Shown piece after piece: positions 25,497 to 40,528 of a stretch of DNA of 64,000 nucleotides. A program made the translations under genes and the position numbers. The DNA lies in contig JAEPMI010000011.1 in assembly GCA_017644045.1 (NCBI GenBank), forward strand, positions 58,029-122,028. The letters are read 5' to 3'. The first letter of the stretch is position 1. Each line of letters starts with the position of its first letter. The notes under the pieces are model-generated. The model was not told where the DNA came from. It searched no databases and saw only the letters and a program-made list of their open reading frames with translations. This DNA is from Deltaproteobacteria bacterium (GTDB taxonomy: Bacteria > Myxococcota_A > Polyangia > Polyangiales > Houyiibacteriaceae).

Positions 25497-26495
25497 ATGA
25501 GGAACGTGCCTCGCCCCCCGTTCTCTCCGCGACATCCAGAGACTCTCCCCCGCCGGCTCGCCTGGCTCGCGCTCGCCGCGCTACTCGTCCAGGCCTGCAG
25601 CTGTGACGCTGGCTCGGGCGACGCCGACGACGGAGACGGTCGCGATGCCGCGACCCTCGACGGCGCCACCGGACCGGACGCGAGCACCAACGAGGACGCC
25701 GACATTGCCCGCCCCGATGTCCCGCCGACCCCGCCGCCGGACGTGCACGTACTGCTCACCGCGGACAACGCGTATGGATTCGGCTACGGCAGCGCCGACG
25801 CGATGACCGACTACTTCATGGGCATCGAGGACGGCGCCGACGACATCTTCGTCTGTAGCGCCGCGTGCGACGACGACACCCCCTGCGCCGACGGCGGAGA
25901 GTGCGATCTCTTCGGGACCTGCAACGGCGATCGAAACGGCCCGGAGACCTACATCGTGCCGGGCGAGATGGCCGATCAGGAGGGCTACCTCTACGTCATC
26001 ACCTGGTCGGACGAGGCGGTGACCCAGGGGTTGATCGGCCAGTTCTCGGCGGCCGACGGGGCCAGCTCGCCCGTCTATACGGGGTCGGAGGCTTGGGAGG
26101 TCTGTGCGACCGGCGTGGATATCGATCCCGTGGACGAAGACCCGACGGTCGGCGACATCAACGCGCAGATCGCCAACTGCAACATGGGCGACGAGGGCCC
26201 GACCTTCAGCGGTGGGTGGATCGGCAACGAGCTCGGCAACAACCCGAAGGGCGTGATGGAGCTGACCGTGCTGACCGACCCCTCCACCGAGCCACCGCAG
26301 TTCAATCCGCTCTGTCAGGCCGAGGACGACGCCGACCCGACGCGCACCGGCGACTCGCTCGACGCCGCCGCGCGCTGGATGTGGTTCGACGACGACAACT
26401 CCGCGGCACCGACGGCCTTCCAGTCGAACGGCGACCCGCGCGGCGACTTCCTGATCTTCCGGCTGCCGATCTCGGAGGTCGTGATCTTGATCTGA
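25497..26495 (+). CDS. Acidic, Cys-containing lipoprotein (hypothetical)
   Basis: The lipobox is LALAALLVQAC. An Asp/Gly-rich linker follows. No recognised catalytic motif. Confidence 0.6.
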   Translation: MRNVPRPPFSPRHPETLPRRLAWLALAALLVQACSCDAGSGDADDGDGRDAATLDGATGPDASTNEDADIARPDVPPTPPPDVHVLLTADNAYGFGYGSADAMTDYFMGIEDGADDIFVCSAACDDDTPCADGGECDLFGTCNGDRNGPETYIVPGEMADQEGYLYVITWSDEAVTQGLIGQFSAADGASSPVYTGSEAWEVCATGVDIDPVDEDPTVGDINAQIANCNMGDEGPTFSGGWIGNELGNNPKGVMELTVLTDPSTEPPQFNPLCQAEDDADPTRTGDSLDAAARWMWFDDDNSAAPTAFQSNGDPRGDFLIFRLPISEVVILI

Positions 26496-26549
26496 GGTCG
26501 CTGCCCCTCCGAACGAAGGGGCGAGGGTCAGGGTGAGGGGCGCGCCGCG

Positions 26550-27776
26550 CTACCCCATCCGAATGGCTTTGAGCCGCGTGTTCACGTCGCGGGCCAGGGT
26601 CAGCTCCTGATCGCGGGGGAGGGCGGTCGTGGCGCTGAAGAGCGCGAAGGCGGCGAGCTCGTGCAGTGCCTGGTGGAGCGCCTCGAGCGGGTGGTCGCTC
26701 TCCACGTCTTGGAGAGCGGTCACCACGCGCTCCGGATCGATGGCGCCGAACTCGTCGACGCCTTCGCCGAAGTACGGTCCGTAACCCGAGCCCTGGATCC
26801 AGGCGTCGAGCGTCATCCGGGTCTGGTCGAGACCACCGTAGGTCGCGACGGCCATGAAGATGTCCTGCAGCACGTCGTTGAACTGCACGACCAGTGCGCG
26901 CGTCGCGTCCGGGTCGACGTTCGAGGGCGTCCGCAGGTCCACCTGCTTCTGCTGAATCAGATGGTAGACGGCCTTGGTCGTCGCGAACTCGCCGTAGCCG
27001 GTCTCGCGCGCGATGTCGTCGATGGTGCGGCGACCGTCGCAGAGCTCGAGCACCCGCGTGGCGGTGGTGTCGAGCTTCTTCGGGTCCGGCGCGTCCGGCC
27101 GCTTCTGCGGGCAGAGATCGGCGTGCGGGATCTTGTCCCGGAAGAGCGCCATCTCGTCGATGCGCTGCACGCCCTCCATCAGCAGGCTCTGCACGGGCAG
27201 ATGGACCGTGGTGCCCTCGTCGTCGGTCTCCACGTCGCCCATCACGAAGACGTAGGAGCCCTCGTCCACGATGAGCGCGTTGAAGAAGACGTCCGTCGCC
27301 TGCTTCTGCAGGTACTTGTAGAGCTCGCCGGCGTCGACGTAGCCGCCCTTCACGCAGAGCTCGCCGAAGCGAGAGTCGGGGCCGACCTGCTCGGCGATCT
27401 CGCGCACCTGGGCTCGAGACAGAACGCCCGCGCGGAAGAGGACCTCGCCCAGCCGGTCGTCCGGTGAGTTGCTCCGCGCGCCTCGGAGCGCGCCCTGGTC
27501 GAAACGCATCGCCCGGTGGTGCTCGCCGATGACGTGCAGCTCACCCCGCCAGGCGGCGGAGGCGATCATGTTGCCGATCTCCATGATCGTCATGCGGGTG
27601 AGGATCTCGCCGGCCATCGCGACCTTCGGCCCCTCCTTCTCGAGGAGGAACACCAGGCCGGGCAGGACGGCCGCGAGCTCGAAGTCTCCGGCCCGCCGCC
27701 CGAGGCGCAGACGCGCGTCCTCGTCGGCGAGCAGGTTCCCTTCTCGGTCGATGACGATGCGCGGGCGGGAGCTCAC
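26550..27776 (-). CDS. DUF4388 (PATAN-like) domain protein
   Basis: GEILTRMTIMEIGNMIASAAWRGELHV...RFDQGALRGARS...LGEVLFRAGVLSRAQV matches the DUF4388 pattern as I remember it. The GTG 27776 start is supported by high third-position GC in the N-terminal extension. An alternative ATG exists at 27617. Confidence 0.6.
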   Translation of the reverse strand: MSSRPRIVIDREGNLLADEDARLRLGRRAGDFELAAVLPGLVFLLEKEGPKVAMAGEILTRMTIMEIGNMIASAAWRGELHVIGEHHRAMRFDQGALRGARSNSPDDRLGEVLFRAGVLSRAQVREIAEQVGPDSRFGELCVKGGYVDAGELYKYLQKQATDVFFNALIVDEGSYVFVMGDVETDDEGTTVHLPVQSLLMEGVQRIDEMALFRDKIPHADLCPQKRPDAPDPKKLDTTATRVLELCDGRRTIDDIARETGYGEFATTKAVYHLIQQKQVDLRTPSNVDPDATRALVVQFNDVLQDIFMAVATYGGLDQTRMTLDAWIQGSGYGPYFGEGVDEFGAIDPERVVTALQDVESDHPLEALHQALHELAAFALFSATTALPRDQELTLARDVNTRLKAIRMG

Positions 27777-27881
27777 GGGCGGAAGAGTATGGCATCCCGA
27801 GATGGGGTGCGGAAAGATCTCGTGCCGAACCCCACCCCCGACCGCTTTTCTTCGCGCCCGCGAAGCGATACAAGCCGGCCC

Positions 27882-28811
27882 ATGGCCAAGGTTGCATTCG
27901 TCTTCCCCGGACAGGGGAGCCAGAAAGTCGGCATGGGGCGTGAGGTCTTCGAGGGGACCGACGCGGGGCGCGAGGCCTTCGAGCAGGTCGACGCCGCCCT
28001 CGAGATGAGCCTCTCGGGGCTCTGCTTCGAGGGGCCCGAGGAGGACCTCAAGCTCACCTCGAACACCCAGCCCGCCATCCTCACGACCTCGATCGCCCTC
28101 TATCGAGCGCTCGGCGAGACGCCCGACGTGGCCGCCGGCCATTCGCTCGGCGAGTACAGCGCCCACGTGGCCGCCGGGACCTTCTCCCTGGCCGACGCCG
28201 CCCGGACCTGCCGCCAGCGCGGCCTCTTCATGCAGGAGGCGGTACCCGTCGGCGAAGGCGCCATGGCGGCCGTGATGAAGGCCGAGCCGGAGCTCGTGGA
28301 CCGGATCTGCAAGGAAACCGATGGGATCGTGGAGCCTGCGAACTACAACTCGCCGGGCCAGATCGTCATCGCCGGGGCCAAGGCCTCGGTGGACGCCGCC
28401 GCCGCCGCGCTGAAGGAGGCGGGGGCCCGCGCCGTGCCATTGGCCGTGTCCGCGCCCTTCCACTCGTCGCTGATGAAGCCGGCCCAGGATCGGCTCGAGC
28501 CCGTCCTCGGAGCGCTGGACCTCTCCGATCCGGCGTTCCCGGTCTACGCGAACGTGGACGCCGCCCCGGTCGCCACCGGCGACGCCGCCCGGGACGCGCT
28601 GGTTCGCCAGGTGAGCGGAGCGGTCCGCTGGGACGAGAGCGTTCGGGCCATGATCGCGGACGGCGTCGGGCTCTTCGTGGAGATCGGGGCAGGGAACGTC
28701 CTGACCAACCTCCTCAAGCGGATCGACAAGGACGTCGCTCGCTGCACGGTCCAGACCCCCGCGGACTTCGAGGCCGCCCGAGAGGCCATCGCGACCGCCC
28801 GCGGCGCCTGA
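27882..28811 (+). CDS. fabD: Malonyl-CoA:ACP transacylase
   Basis: FVFPGQGSQKVGMG, the active-site motif GHSLGEYSA, and SAPFHSSLM are all present. Confidence 0.93.
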   Translation: MAKVAFVFPGQGSQKVGMGREVFEGTDAGREAFEQVDAALEMSLSGLCFEGPEEDLKLTSNTQPAILTTSIALYRALGETPDVAAGHSLGEYSAHVAAGTFSLADAARTCRQRGLFMQEAVPVGEGAMAAVMKAEPELVDRICKETDGIVEPANYNSPGQIVIAGAKASVDAAAAALKEAGARAVPLAVSAPFHSSLMKPAQDRLEPVLGALDLSDPAFPVYANVDAAPVATGDAARDALVRQVSGAVRWDESVRAMIADGVGLFVEIGAGNVLTNLLKRIDKDVARCTVQTPADFEAAREAIATARGA

Positions 28812-28903
28812 GCGCCGTCACTGAGCAAGAACCGGACAGGTCTTGGAATTCGTTCGGTTTTCACCGGTCCATCGCGGCTGGTGCGCCAATCGCACCGACT
28901 CGA

Positions 28904-28931
28904 TTGACGGACGGTGGATATCGGCTACATA
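28904..28931 (+). promoter_or_regulatory. Sigma-70-like promoter candidate TTGACG-N16-TACATA upstream of hppA
   Basis: Read directly from the sequence. It is unusually close to consensus for this GC-rich DNA and lies about 67 nt upstream of ATG 28998. Confidence 0.35.
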
Positions 28932-28997
28932 CGCGCCGCCCCGTGGCGTCCGATCCCGGTCGCCCCTCCATTTTCGTACGGGAAGAGAGAACTTTCG

Positions 28998-31142
<2,145 letters not shown>

Positions 31143-31164
31143 GCGCGGCTCGCTTCCACCGCTG

Positions 31165-31190
31165 AAAGGCGCCCCTCGGGGCGCCTTTTT
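31165..31190 (+). terminator. Rho-independent terminator after hppA
   Basis: The stem-loop AAAGGCGCCC-CTCG-GGGCGCCTTT is followed by a T-run. It starts 23 nt after the stop. Confidence 0.8.
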
Positions 31191-31200
31191 GCGTTCCGGG

Positions 31201-31254
31201 CACCGACACACCGACGACCGAGAACCGACCACGACCGCCGACTCCGAGAACCGC
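31201..31254. repeat. Second copy of the CCGA-NNN heptad repeat family
   Basis: CCGA occurs at 31203, 31211, 31218, 31225, 31238 and 31245. It shares CCGACGACCGA and CCGACTCCGAGA(A/G) with the 5243-5325 array. It again abuts the stop of a minus-strand gene (31255) in a convergent gap. Confidence 0.85.
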
Positions 31255-32694
31255 TCAGCGCCCCCGCGCGATCAACCGCGCCTGCACCGGCAGGGCCTCG
31301 AGCGCGAAGTTGCTCCAGATCGCCCGACCCTCCTCGGACGCCCGGAGCTCGTCGATCCGCTGCACCGCCGCTGCGCTTCCGTGAACGGCGATCCGGTCCA
31401 GCGCGCGCAGCGCCGCGAGCCGGACCTGGATCTCACGGTGACCGAGCTGCGCGACCAGGGCGCTGATCGCGCGCGGATCCAGGCGCCCGAGCTGCCCGAT
31501 CTGCATGGCGGCCTTTTCGGCGAGCGCCGGGTCGACCGGACCCTGCGTGTGCGTCTGGAACGCCTGGACCCAGCAGGCCAGCTCCGAGCAATGCTCGCCC
31601 TCCGCGAGGAGCGGCACGAGCTCGGCGAAGTGTCCGCCGAGCTCCCGGTCTCGGGTGAGCCGACCGAACGCGCGGTCCGCCGTGGACGCCAAGAGCGCGT
31701 AGCCGTGGGCGGCCGCGAGTCGCAGGCTCGGATCCAGGTCCGACTGCTGCGCGACGCCGAGCAAGAAGGGCGCGAGCTCGGGGTCGCCGAGCCGCCGGGC
31801 CGACGCCAGCAGGTGTGCCTGCTGCTGCACCTCCGTCGCGGCCTCGTAGACCCGCAGGAGCGCTTCTCGAATCGGCTCACCATCCTCGAGCGACGGCCGC
31901 AGTGAGACCAGCGCCATCACCGCGCCCAGCCGGAGCGTCGCGTCCTCGTGCCGGCTCACCTCGAGCAGCGGCCGGAGCGTGCTCCGGTGCCCGAGGAGCC
32001 CCAGCCCGTAGAGCGCCTCCGCCACTCGAACCTGCTCGGCCGTCGGCCCGCCGCTGGCGCCCAAGCGGGCTTCCACCAGGTCGACGTAGCGCTCCACGAG
32101 CTCCGCGACCCCGGGCCGTGTGCCCGCGAGCACTTCGAGCAGCGGCTCCACGGCAGCCTCACCGAGTCGAGCGAGGCCGTTGGCCGCGATGTCGTTCATC
32201 CGCATCGCCGGGTTGGCCGCGTCGCTCAGGAAGAGGCCCTCGATCAACACGGGGACGTTCGCTTCCTCGCGTCGCTCCGCCAGGAGCTCGAGCGCCATCC
32301 GATTGATGAGGAAGCTCTGGTCGGCGCGCTGCCGTCGCGCGATCACGGTCAGGGGCGCGCGCGCTGCTTCGGCCGCGCTTTCGCCCAGTCCACGGAGCAG
32401 CGTGATGCGCAGCCGGTTGTCCGCGCCCGCCGTGCCCTCGATCGTCAACAAGGCGCGGCCCATCGCGCTCGCGATGGCCTCGCGCCGCTCGTCGCTCGCC
32501 TCGGCCAGCGACCCACGGACCTCCTCCGCCAGGCTCAGCGCTTCGGTGCGCTCCGCAGCGTCGCCCGCGAGATCGACCAGCGCTTCGACCGTCTCGGCGC
32601 CGCTCGTGCCGTCGTCGGCGTCCGCTGGCGGGCCGCCCTGGTCGGGCGACCCACAAGCCAGCAACACGGAGAGGGCGAACGCGCGTCGGTCCAT
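31255..32694 (-). CDS. HEAT/armadillo-like repeat lipoprotein (hypothetical)
   Basis: ATG 32694 gives [18 protein letters not shown] (lipobox LLAC). Repeated helical units resemble PBS-lyase HEAT repeats ([30 protein letters not shown]). Confidence 0.65.
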   Translation of the reverse strand: MDRRAFALSVLLACGSPDQGGPPADADDGTSGAETVEALVDLAGDAAERTEALSLAEEVRGSLAEASDERREAIASAMGRALLTIEGTAGADNRLRITLLRGLGESAAEAARAPLTVIARRQRADQSFLINRMALELLAERREEANVPVLIEGLFLSDAANPAMRMNDIAANGLARLGEAAVEPLLEVLAGTRPGVAELVERYVDLVEARLGASGGPTAEQVRVAEALYGLGLLGHRSTLRPLLEVSRHEDATLRLGAVMALVSLRPSLEDGEPIREALLRVYEAATEVQQQAHLLASARRLGDPELAPFLLGVAQQSDLDPSLRLAAAHGYALLASTADRAFGRLTRDRELGGHFAELVPLLAEGEHCSELACWVQAFQTHTQGPVDPALAEKAAMQIGQLGRLDPRAISALVAQLGHREIQVRLAALRALDRIAVHGSAAAVQRIDELRASEEGRAIWSNFALEALPVQARLIARGR

Positions 32695-32714
32695 GGACCG
32701 ACGATACCGCGGCG

Positions 32715-33725
32715 TCAGCGTCGGCGGCGGAACGCGAAGAGCGCCAGCGCCAGGAAGCCGAACGTGGGTGCCCCATCGCCAGCGGTACGGCACTCGCAAC
32801 CGCCGTCTCCACGGAACGTGATCCCCGGGTTGGTCTCGCCGCCGCCGTCGGAGTCGTTCGGCCCGGGCCCGAGGTCGTCGCGCGAAGCGGTGCCCAGATC
32901 GGCCTCCGGCTCGATCCCTGCGTCGAGGTCCTCCACGCCCGCGTCGGGCACGCAGCCGGCGAGGCGCGTGAGAGGCACGCCCGGCTCATCGCCCTTGTTG
33001 CAGATCACGCACGCCGCCGGAGCGTCGCCATCCGCGTAGCAGATTCCGTCTTCGTCGACGCAGTCGCAGATCTCACGGAAGCAACACAGCACGCCGCCGC
33101 CCTCCGGATGCGCCTTGGTCACGTTGTCCACCGGCGCACCGCCGCCCTCCGGGAAACACGACCAGCCCGAGTCGATGCTCAGTCCGTCCGCGCAGCCGGT
33201 CCGGTTGAAGGTCGCGCACGGGTCCTCGGCTGGCTCGTACGACTGCCGGTTGAAGATCGAGCAGACCGTGCTGGCGAAATCGGTGGGGCAGCCCACCGTA
33301 CCGCAGCCGACCACCTGAGCGCCTCCGTCGCTCGCGCACATGGCCGTGGCCGCGATGTACACCGCGTTTTCGCTCATGAGCGTCGTGTCCGTGCACCTCA
33401 CGTCGTCGACGACGTCATCGTCGCCGCAGAGCGACCAACCGAGGCCGCAGAGATCGGCCGCGGTGCACCGCGCGCCCGAGTCCTCCATCTCTTCGATCGA
33501 GCTCAGCTCACCGTCGTTCCCCGCGCGCAAGTTGCACGCCGGGTCCACTGGGGTACCGTCGGCTGCGACGATCCCCGGGTCGTTCCAGGCACCTGCGCAG
33601 CCCACCACTCGGCCTGCGATCAGCGTCTCTTCGACCGATCCATCCGCGCATTGCGCCGAGGCGCTCGCGCTCATCCAGAGCGCGCCAGAGGCGCACCCCA
33701 CCACCAACCCACGAATCCAATCCAT
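32715..33725 (-). CDS. Cys-rich secreted protein with a MYXO-CTERM-like tail
   Basis: It has a signal peptide (…WMSASASAQC), about 30 Cys residues, and the C-terminus GGCECRTAGDGAPTFGFLALALFAFRRRR. Confidence 0.7.
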   Translation of the reverse strand: MDWIRGLVVGCASGALWMSASASAQCADGSVEETLIAGRVVGCAGAWNDPGIVAADGTPVDPACNLRAGNDGELSSIEEMEDSGARCTAADLCGLGWSLCGDDDVVDDVRCTDTTLMSENAVYIAATAMCASDGGAQVVGCGTVGCPTDFASTVCSIFNRQSYEPAEDPCATFNRTGCADGLSIDSGWSCFPEGGGAPVDNVTKAHPEGGGVLCCFREICDCVDEDGICYADGDAPAACVICNKGDEPGVPLTRLAGCVPDAGVEDLDAGIEPEADLGTASRDDLGPGPNDSDGGGETNPGITFRGDGGCECRTAGDGAPTFGFLALALFAFRRRR

Positions 33726-33797
33726 GGATTCAAGGTATCAGCGCAGCGGCGCCCTCGCCCCTTTGCCTCTCGGAGACCCCGACGGGGGTGGCGATCG

Positions 33798-34295
33798 TCA
33801 GTCGGTCCGGCAGTCGCCGCACAGGCCGTAGAGCTCGTGCACGTGCCGCTTCAGGACGAACCCGTGCTTCGCGGCGAGGTCGTCCTGGAGCTGCTCGATC
33901 TCGTCGTTCTCGAACTCGACGATCTTGCCGCAGCTCATGCAGATCAGGTGGTCGTGGTGCTCGTCTTCGAGGGCGACCTCGTAGCGCGAGACTCCGTCGC
34001 CGAAGTGGCGCTCGTAGGCCAGCCCGCAGTCCTTGAGGAGCTTCAGCGTGCGGTAGACCGTCGCATACCCGATCTTCGAGTCCTCCTCGCGGACCGTCGC
34101 GAGCAGATCCTCGATCGACAGGTGACCCGTGGAGCGGAAGAACGCTTCGCTCACGAGCCGGCGTTGGCTCGTCGACCGAAGGCCGTTCTTCTCCATGTAC
34201 TTCTCGAGGCGCTCGTGGAGCTCGGCGACGGTCGCGTCGTCCAGCTCACGGCCATCGGCCTCGTGTAGTTCTCCGTCTACGATCTCTTCGCGCAT
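33798..34295 (-). CDS. Fur-family metalloregulator (Fur/Zur/PerR type not resolved)
   Basis: The winged helix is STSQRRLVSEAFF...IGYATVYRTLKLL. The metal sites are HHDHLICMSCG and CGDC. An acidic N-terminal extension of about 25 aa is present. Confidence 0.88.
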   Translation of the reverse strand: MREEIVDGELHEADGRELDDATVAELHERLEKYMEKNGLRSTSQRRLVSEAFFRSTGHLSIEDLLATVREEDSKIGYATVYRTLKLLKDCGLAYERHFGDGVSRYEVALEDEHHDHLICMSCGKIVEFENDEIEQLQDDLAAKHGFVLKRHVHELYGLCGDCRTD

Positions 34296-34344
34296 GATTC
34301 GGGCCCCCCGTCGCCTGCGGAGGAGGCGACAGGGATAAGCTACC

Positions 34345-35922
34345 ATGTGGTGCTTGTCTACGGACCCGACCGAAAGCGATGACGGAGCATCGGCGCCCGA
34401 GCGTCGCGATCGGCTCGTGATGGTCGCGATTCCGGTCGCGGTCGGGCTCATCCTGATCGCCGCGGGCTTCGCTGAGCGGGGGCCGGCGTCCCGCGATCTG
34501 CAGCTCGTAGCGCCCCGCTCGGCCCACGCTGGGCAGACGATTCCGGTGCGTGCGTACTTCTTGGATCTCGCCGAGGCAGCGCCAGAGGCGATCGAAGGGG
34601 CGACCGTGAGCGTGGTTCTCCGCGGGGTCGAGGGCGAGGATCAGACGACGTCGCTCGCCCAGGCGGAGCTTCGATCGTCCGAGACCCTCGGATACGTGGG
34701 GGAGATCGTGCTGCCGCCCGAGGTGCGCGGGACGCGCCAGCTCTTCGCCGTGGCGCATGCACCGAGCGAAGACGCGGACGACCTGGACGAGGCACGGCGC
34801 CGGATCACCATCGGATCGGCCGCGGAGCCCCCCGTGCGAAGGGGCCGACTGCAGACGGAGCTCCAACGCTACGAGCTCGGTGCGCGCTCGGGCAGCGCAC
34901 CGCCAGACGATCTGGAAGCGCGGGTGCTCGGCGGGGACTGCACCAACCACGCGCCCTGTCGGCTGCTCGTCTGGGTCGGCGAGCCGGCCGCCTCCGTTCG
35001 CCTCGAAGCCCTCGGAGGAGCGCGCCAACCGCGGTGCGAGGCCGGAGCGACCACCGGTTTCGTGGCCTGCGAGGTCTCGGTCCGTGGCAACGAGGCGAGC
35101 GTCGCGGTCGTCGCGATCCGTGACGGCAGCGAGGTGGGGCGTCGCCACTTGCAGCTCCCGATGGGCAGCCCGGCCCCCGCCGTCCAGCGGGAGCGGGCGC
35201 TCGTGCCGGTGGGCCATCGCCCGCAGTTGACGGTCGAGGGGCTGGACGAGCGCTACGTCGTGGATCTCTTCCACGAGGGGTTCTGGGTGCGCTCGAGCAC
35301 TCTGGCCTCCGGTGACGGAGCGCTCGAGCTGCCGTGGGCGCTCGACGCGCCGGGGCTCTGGCGTGCGCAGGTGCGGCGCGATGTGTTCGGCTCCAACAGC
35401 GCCGCGGTGGCGGCGTGGTGGGTCAGCGCACCGGACGAGACCCACGAAGCGGCGCTCCGCGCCATCGCGAGCCACCCCCTGCAGAACGAATGGATGGACC
35501 CCCTCGCGACGGAGATCCGTGACGGCGAGCTGGCGTGTGCACCTGCTGGACCGAGCTGCGACTCGGACCGGATCGCCGCGTTCATGCTCGCCGCGGGCGA
35601 GCTCGAGGTCATCACCTATCCCCGCTCGAGCAGTGGCGCCGAGCAGGCGAGCGTGGGTCTGCGGACCGTCCAGTGGGGCCGGCGGGGGGTCGCCGCCGGC
35701 CTGATCTTCCTCGCCGGGCTCTTGATGGCGTTCGTGGTCCATCGCCGCGCCAGCAGCGCGGCTGCCCAGGCGGCACAGATCCTCGAGGCCGGCCGGGAGC
35801 CGGACGACGAAGCCGTCACACCCCGAAAGGACCCCGTTCCGGCCGCATCTGCCGCGTTTTTCGTACTGATCTTCGCCGTGGTGGCCGCGATCGTCCTGGC
35901 GCGGGGCTGCATCCTCGGCTGA
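34345..35922 (+). CDS. Membrane-anchored hypothetical protein (N- and C-terminal TM helices, large extracytoplasmic domain)
   Basis: TM segments are VMVAIPVAVGLILIAAGF near the N-terminus and GLIFLAGLLMAFVV plus AAFFVLIFAVVAAIVLA at the C-terminus. High GC at third codon positions. An alternative ATG exists at 34420. Confidence 0.6.
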   Translation: MWCLSTDPTESDDGASAPERRDRLVMVAIPVAVGLILIAAGFAERGPASRDLQLVAPRSAHAGQTIPVRAYFLDLAEAAPEAIEGATVSVVLRGVEGEDQTTSLAQAELRSSETLGYVGEIVLPPEVRGTRQLFAVAHAPSEDADDLDEARRRITIGSAAEPPVRRGRLQTELQRYELGARSGSAPPDDLEARVLGGDCTNHAPCRLLVWVGEPAASVRLEALGGARQPRCEAGATTGFVACEVSVRGNEASVAVVAIRDGSEVGRRHLQLPMGSPAPAVQRERALVPVGHRPQLTVEGLDERYVVDLFHEGFWVRSSTLASGDGALELPWALDAPGLWRAQVRRDVFGSNSAAVAAWWVSAPDETHEAALRAIASHPLQNEWMDPLATEIRDGELACAPAGPSCDSDRIAAFMLAAGELEVITYPRSSSGAEQASVGLRTVQWGRRGVAAGLIFLAGLLMAFVVHRRASSAAAQAAQILEAGREPDDEAVTPRKDPVPAASAAFFVLIFAVVAAIVLARGCILG

Positions 35923-36095
35923 CCGGCCCTCGGCGACTCCCACGGAATCCCTCGTGAAGGCGCGGCGTTGCGCCGGTACGAACCCCGGTTTAGGTTCCCA
36001 CCTCGCCGCGCTCCGGATCGGAGTGGGCCGCTTTTTCAGGGCGGTGAGGCCAGTCACGGGCCCCGGCAAGACGAAGGAAACGGAAGCGAACGCGC

Positions 36096-39257
<3,162 letters not shown>

Positions 39258-39260
39258 GGC

Positions 39261-40454
39261 TCACCCCTTCGAGCGAATCACTTCGAGCGGCTCCGCGTGG
39301 ACGTAGCCCGCGAATCGGCCCCAATAGCGAGCCGTCGAGCGCACGAGATCGTCCGCGAGGTACGGTCGCTCCGCCTGACTCTCGTGACACCGGATGAGGT
39401 CCATCTTGGCTTCCACCAGGTCGCCGATGTCGACGAAGTGTGACGGGTTGAAGTCGGTGGTGGTCGACGGCGCCTGATAGCAGAAGACGTTGGGGACCCC
39501 CCGAGCCGCGACGAGAGTCGCTCGATGCACCGCGCGGTGGTCTTGATGCATGTCGTGCAGGCTGTGGGTGTAGACGGTGGTCGCCTTCGAATCGCGGATC
39601 GCCTTCTCGATCAACGCGATGGTCTCGTGACCATCACTGACCGCGGTGTCGGGGAGCTCGCCCATTTGGAGCACGGCCCGGAGTCGGCGCGCCGCGGCCT
39701 GAGCCTCGTCGGCTCGACGGAGCGCCGTCCCTCCAGAGCCACCCCCGGTGCACGTCAGGATCGTGATTTGGTGGCCGGCCCGGCGGTGGCGTTCGAGAAT
39801 GCCGCCGATCCCGATCTCGACGTCGTCCGGGTGCGCTCCGATGGCGAGAATGGACTCGGTCTCCACCGGCTTCAGGAGGTCGTCGAGCCGTGAGAGCAGC
39901 TTCCTCTGAGTCAGTGGCTTGGGGAGGAACTCGTCGACCTTGGAGCGAAGCGCTTCCACGGCGAGCCCGAGGTCGCCCTTCGCGGTGACGATGATGCAGG
40001 GACGGCGCGGCCACTGACTCTTGCTGCGCTTGGCGACGTCGAGTCCCGAACCGTCCGGTAGCTCGAGGTCGCAGAGGACCGCGTCGTAGTCGGGAGAGCC
40101 GACCTGCTCGAGGGCGGCGTGTCGGGAGGAGACGAGCGTGACCGACTTGCCGGAGCGCTCGAGCCAGCGCGTGACGATGGCCGCCTGATCCATGTCGTCC
40201 TCGACGAGGAGGACGCGGTGGCCCGAGGGGTACACCGACGGCAAGCCGAGCTTCACCGGAAACTGACTCTCCGAGAGGATCAGCGTCGGGTGGTCGTCCG
40301 CAGGTGAGCCGCTGCCACTCCCCTGCATCGGTCGCGCAGGAGGACGGGAGGTGGGCGTCTCGTCACTCTTCGGTCGAGAGGCGACGGGAGATGCAGGGAG
40401 CGGCTTGGCGACACCGCGCGCGATCTGATAGCGGCCGGGGCTTCCGTCGGGCAT
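39261..40454 (-). CDS. Response-regulator receiver fused to a PIG-L/LmbE-family N-acetylglucosaminyl deacetylase domain
   Basis: REC domain: RVLLVEDDMDQAAIV...AVLCDLELPDGSG...FLPKP. PIG-L domain: ILAIGAHPDDVEIGIGG...HQDH. A Pro/Ser-rich leader lies at the N-terminus. ATG 40454 was chosen. Confidence 0.75.
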   Translation of the reverse strand: MPDGSPGRYQIARGVAKPLPASPVASRPKSDETPTSRPPARPMQGSGSGSPADDHPTLILSESQFPVKLGLPSVYPSGHRVLLVEDDMDQAAIVTRWLERSGKSVTLVSSRHAALEQVGSPDYDAVLCDLELPDGSGLDVAKRSKSQWPRRPCIIVTAKGDLGLAVEALRSKVDEFLPKPLTQRKLLSRLDDLLKPVETESILAIGAHPDDVEIGIGGILERHRRAGHQITILTCTGGGSGGTALRRADEAQAAARRLRAVLQMGELPDTAVSDGHETIALIEKAIRDSKATTVYTHSLHDMHQDHRAVHRATLVAARGVPNVFCYQAPSTTTDFNPSHFVDIGDLVEAKMDLIRCHESQAERPYLADDLVRSTARYWGRFAGYVHAEPLEVIRSKG

Positions 40455-40528
40455 GGCTGGGGATAGAGCAAGAGCCGTGCCCACCCAAGTGCGTGAGGGG
40501 TCGGGTGAGCAGCCCCAGAACGGAACGC

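Noticed and set aside
26503-26522. Hairpin GCCCCT-N8-AGGGGC between convergent genes as a bidirectional terminator
   Set aside because: It has only a 6-bp stem, an 8-nt loop and no T/A tract on either side. That is too weak to support a feature call.
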